Of a stretch of DNA of 36,539 nt, positions 32,999-36,539 are shown in pieces. The translations under genes were made by a program, and so were the position numbers. Positions within the stretch are counted from its first letter, which is position 1. Every line of letters starts with the position of its first letter. The notes under the pieces are model-generated. The model ran no database searches and had not been told where the DNA came from. It saw only the letters and a program-made list of their open reading frames with translations. Source of the stretch: Octopus bimaculoides (Eukaryota); assembly GCF_001194135.2 (NCBI RefSeq), contig NC_068995.1:4828644-4865182 (forward strand), written 5' to 3'.

Positions 32999-34124
32999 AA
33001 ACTATTAGCTTATATTTGTTTTAATAAATGTCTTTTTTTTCTTCTTTTTTTACATATTTTCACGTGAATTTCATTTTCTACTTCAGTTATGTTGTTAGGT
33101 TGTTTCCTGTAAATTTTTATGCTTTTTAATGTGTGACACCGACGTAAGGTCGGGTAAAGCGTCTGAAGTTAACGGACGTAAAGACAAATTATTAAATCAG
33201 TCAACTTTCTTTTCTTGTCATACACCACTACTCGCGCATGTGCGTGTCAGATCATTCTTATGCAAGAGTTCCCCGATTATTTTGAGTAAAGCGTACAAGA
33301 AGACCGCCATAATATTCGAATCATTGCATGCCCAACGTATAACTACGTATAAAATTAAAGAGATTTGCCTAAGCTTTGAAAAAAAAAAAAAAAGAAAAAT
33401 CACACCGTACGGAAAAAAAACCTATAATTTGATGTGAATACAGACGAAAATAAATTGTTCGGGCGCAGTTTTACGGTTCGGGAATTTAATAATTGCTAAC
33501 GACACATGTAGAAAGAAATATCTCCATCTTCAGAGTTTCTAGAGAAAAAGAAACAACAATAAAACAATGGAGTTCTTTATTTGAGAATTCACTTTGCTTC
33601 TCAGCTTGGTGCGTTCCGTGCCAGTGACCGAACTCATCATAAGTACGTTAGTATTCTAAATTTAGAAGATCTCCATCATTGACATTCACGGCATTCCTCT
33701 GACATTCTTGTCATCAATTTTTTGACATCCTATTTAAGTGTAAATTAAGTTGAATTTTTTCTACTACGGTTCCTCTAAGCACCAATTTGCATTTCTTTAT
33801 TTTATCTATCGAGTGAAATTTATCAGCGATACATTTCTAAAACAATCCCGTTTCGCCAACATTAATAATTTTCCGTCAACACAGCCGCCATCTTCAATAA
33901 TATTTTTATTCTAGCGAAGGTTAATGTATTCAAGTGAGGGTCAGGTCACTGAAACATAATAATCAACTCATAAATTTAATCACATCAATTAATATTCATA
34001 ATTGATGTCATTGAATCACAATACAGTTGAAACACTAATCGTCTCGTAGATATAAAGCGATAAGTTTATACTTAATCTAAGGATTAATCAGTGAAAAACT
34101 TATTTACAAACAATAACTTACTGT

Positions 34125-34309
34125 AACTTGGATTAATATGTTCAGTGGATGGTTGCTCAAGAATTTAGTTTATGATCTTTGAAGGTGCTATATGGTTTCT
34201 TTGGAGAGTAAAATTGCAAGTAGAATGTCTATATTTAAACTAATTGCAATTCCTTTAGCGTTTTAGATATAGAATCAGATTTAGCGAGTTTCTGGAAGAA
34301 ATTATGTAA

Positions 34310-34310
<1 letters not shown>
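34125..34310 (-). mobile_element. Penelope-like element RT (thumb) relic
   Basis: Across frameshifts it reads LHNFFQKL...TLKE / NIDI / TFYLQFYSPKKP / FLSNHPLNIL, resembling PLE RT (L.K.F....KIT....LK.VNFLD.T.NL....Y.PY.KPN....YIN..SNHPPNII). Confidence 0.5.
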
Positions 34311-34352
<42 letters not shown>

Positions 34353-34900
34353 NNNNNNNNNNNNNNNNNNNNNNNNNNNNNNNNNNNNNNNNNNNNNNNN
34401 NNNNNNNNNNNNNNNNNNNNNNNNNNNNNNNNNNNNNNNNNNNNNNNNNNNNNNNNNNNNNNNNNNNNNNNNNNNNNNNNNNNNNNNNNNNNNNNNNNNN
34501 NNNNNNNNNNNNNNNNNNNNNNNNNNNNNNNNNNNNNNNNNNNNNNNNNNNNNNNNNNNNNNNNNNNNNNNNNNNNNNNNNNNNNNNNNNNNNNNNNNNN
34601 NNNNNNNNNNNNNNNNNNNNNNNNNNNNNNNNNNNNNNNNNNNNNNNNNNNNNNNNNNNNNNNNCACACACACACACGTTCTCGAACTAACCTTTAGATC
34701 TTTTAGTAACTCTTGTGCTTATTCTTAGTTGATAATGATAGTCGTAATACACATTTCACACATACCCACACACTTACACACACACACAAACATACAAACG
34801 CTTGATTGCAGAAAGCAAAGGAGGAAAAAGGACAAAGTACACTCATTCACTTCTTATTTCCACGAAGCCTTCACCTTGAAATCACACACACACACACACA

Positions 34901-34935
<35 letters not shown>

Positions 34936-35451
34936 CATTGAAACAATGGCTATAATGTTCAAAGGCACTCCTTAAGCATGCCTTATATTTTACACACACA
35001 CACACGCGCGCGCGCATATGCATACATATACAGACATGTGCACGTTTACACACACAAAAACATATGTATAGGCATATACACACATATACACACACATGAA
35101 TACACATATTAATCTAAAATCTGAAAGCAATTTTGTCTTTGCTGTTATGTACAAACAGTGCCATGATTGTGTAAAATCAGAAAACATGTCTACCAACACC
35201 ACCGCCACCACCATCACTAGCAACAACAACAACAGCAACATGATGTTATTTATATCTCATGGCATTACAACCCATCCTGTACCATCCTGTCGGTAATATT
35301 TTGTTTCAATTTGGTTCTTGTTGATTTTATATTTTTTGGTAAGCAAGAAAGAAAGAAACGACTTTGAAGCCATTTTTTTTATATTAGGATAAGATAATTA
35401 GAGACATGACAAGCAGATTGTGTGTATGTGTGTGTATGTATATATATAAAT

Positions 35452-35494
<43 letters not shown>

Positions 35495-35543
35495 AAAACA
35501 TGTGTACGTACTTATATAAGCGTATATGTACACACACACACAC

Positions 35544-35574
<31 letters not shown>

Positions 35575-35969
35575 TACACAAACATGCGTGTATAAATGCA
35601 TATATATACGTGTATATATCAATTATTCCAGGATTCATCGTTTTTCCTGGTTTGTTATACATTAGGAAAAACTGCAACTAAATATTTAATTAAGCTTCAA
35701 CCAGACAAATATCTTCCGCTACATCCAACAACGCTCACCGAAATTAATCTTCCTAATTGTCTTATGTAATTTATATTTCGCTAATTTTAACAGTTAATGT
35801 CTATTTTGTAATAATGGGGTTAGTTGTTGTCATAAATACGGAATTTATGTAATAATGTTTATTATGTTAGTAGTAGAATAAACTGTTTGGTGGTTATGTG
35901 ACTACGAATTTATATGTGATCCTCATGTAATTTGTAGTTCGGCAGCACTTTCGACTTGTTGAACGTTTA

Positions 35970-36394
35970 CCGTAAATCCTCAAGTATAATCCGCACTTTT
36001 TTCCCAAAATTTAAAGGTCAAAATTTCTAGTGCGTACTATATACGAGGTTAAAAATGAAAAAGATTTTCTAAGCAAAATTTACTAAGTGATAAATATGTT
36101 GAGGCAATTTACGTAATATTAATTTTTCACTGACGTTATTACTGTTAATTCTTTATTTTCTGCAAACAAAGTGCACAAAAAAGCTAAACGTTTGCATTAT
36201 GTTATATATACAATAATAATAAAGGACGTTACCGTATATATATTTACAAACCAAGGACGTTATATAAACCTCCTTGACTCAAGTTAGAGAAGAGATGCGT
36301 ATTATACACAAGGTTTAGGTTTTTCAGAGGTACAGCCCCCTAAAAATCTCCTGCGTATTATACTCAAGGGCGGACTATACTCGAGGATTTACGG
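35970..36394. mobile_element. Tc2/pogo-like MITE (425 bp)
   Basis: TA|CCGTAAATCCTCAAGTATAATCCGC ... GCGGACTATACTCGAGGATTTACGG|TA: 25-bp TIRs with 2 mismatches and a TA target duplication. Subterminal TGCGTA.TATA..C.AGG repeats. Confidence 0.9.
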
Positions 36395-36473
36395 TATATA
36401 GCTTATATTTACAGTTCTATATTTAAGAGATGAGAAATTATTTACATTATTTACATTTGACGGATATGCCCAC

Positions 36474-36515
36474 GGGCATATGGCGTAGTGGTTAAGAGCG
36501 ACTGAATCAGTCATT
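36474..36515 (+). mobile_element. Truncated SINE head
   Basis: GGGCATATGGCGTAGTGGTTAAGAGCG (tRNA A-box-like) joined to ACTGAATCAGTCATT and (TA)n. Confidence 0.5.
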
Positions 36516-36539
36516 TATATATATATATATATATATATA

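Noticed and set aside
1-36539. Conserved miRNAs, rRNA, CRISPR arrays or prokaryotic systems
   Set aside because: A scan from memory found no known miRNA mature sequences, no rRNA motifs and no repeat-spacer arrays. The DNA is clearly eukaryotic.

Overview
AT-rich, microsatellite-dense animal genomic DNA with 10 assembly gaps (5,021 N, about 14% of the window). The SINE, MITE and LINE families resemble those I recall from Octopus, so a cephalopod origin is inferred, not proven. No recognisable host protein-coding gene, rRNA, true tRNA or CRISPR array is supported. Most ORFs in the track are microsatellite or N-gap artefacts. The window holds many tRNA-derived SINE copies and decayed LINE relics (RTE x2, L1/Tx1-like, HERO-like, R4/Dong-like, Penelope-like RT). 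It also holds Tc1/mariner-superfamily elements (DD37D transposase relic, mariner MITE, Tigger-like MITE, Tc2/pogo-like MITE). The signals of most interest are: (1) several type I hammerhead-ribozyme motifs between 21.9 and 31.4 kb, including one with an intact catalytic core and an 87-nt structured insertion in stem II, and an inverted pair in Penelope-like terminal repeats; (2) compact promoter-like motif modules, namely CCAAT/E-box/HSE/TATA at 10.8 kb, an inverted CRE pair at 11.5 kb upstream of an orphan 107-aa ORF, and HSE/TATA at 26.0 kb. All family assignments come from motif recall and manual translation; no database search was run.
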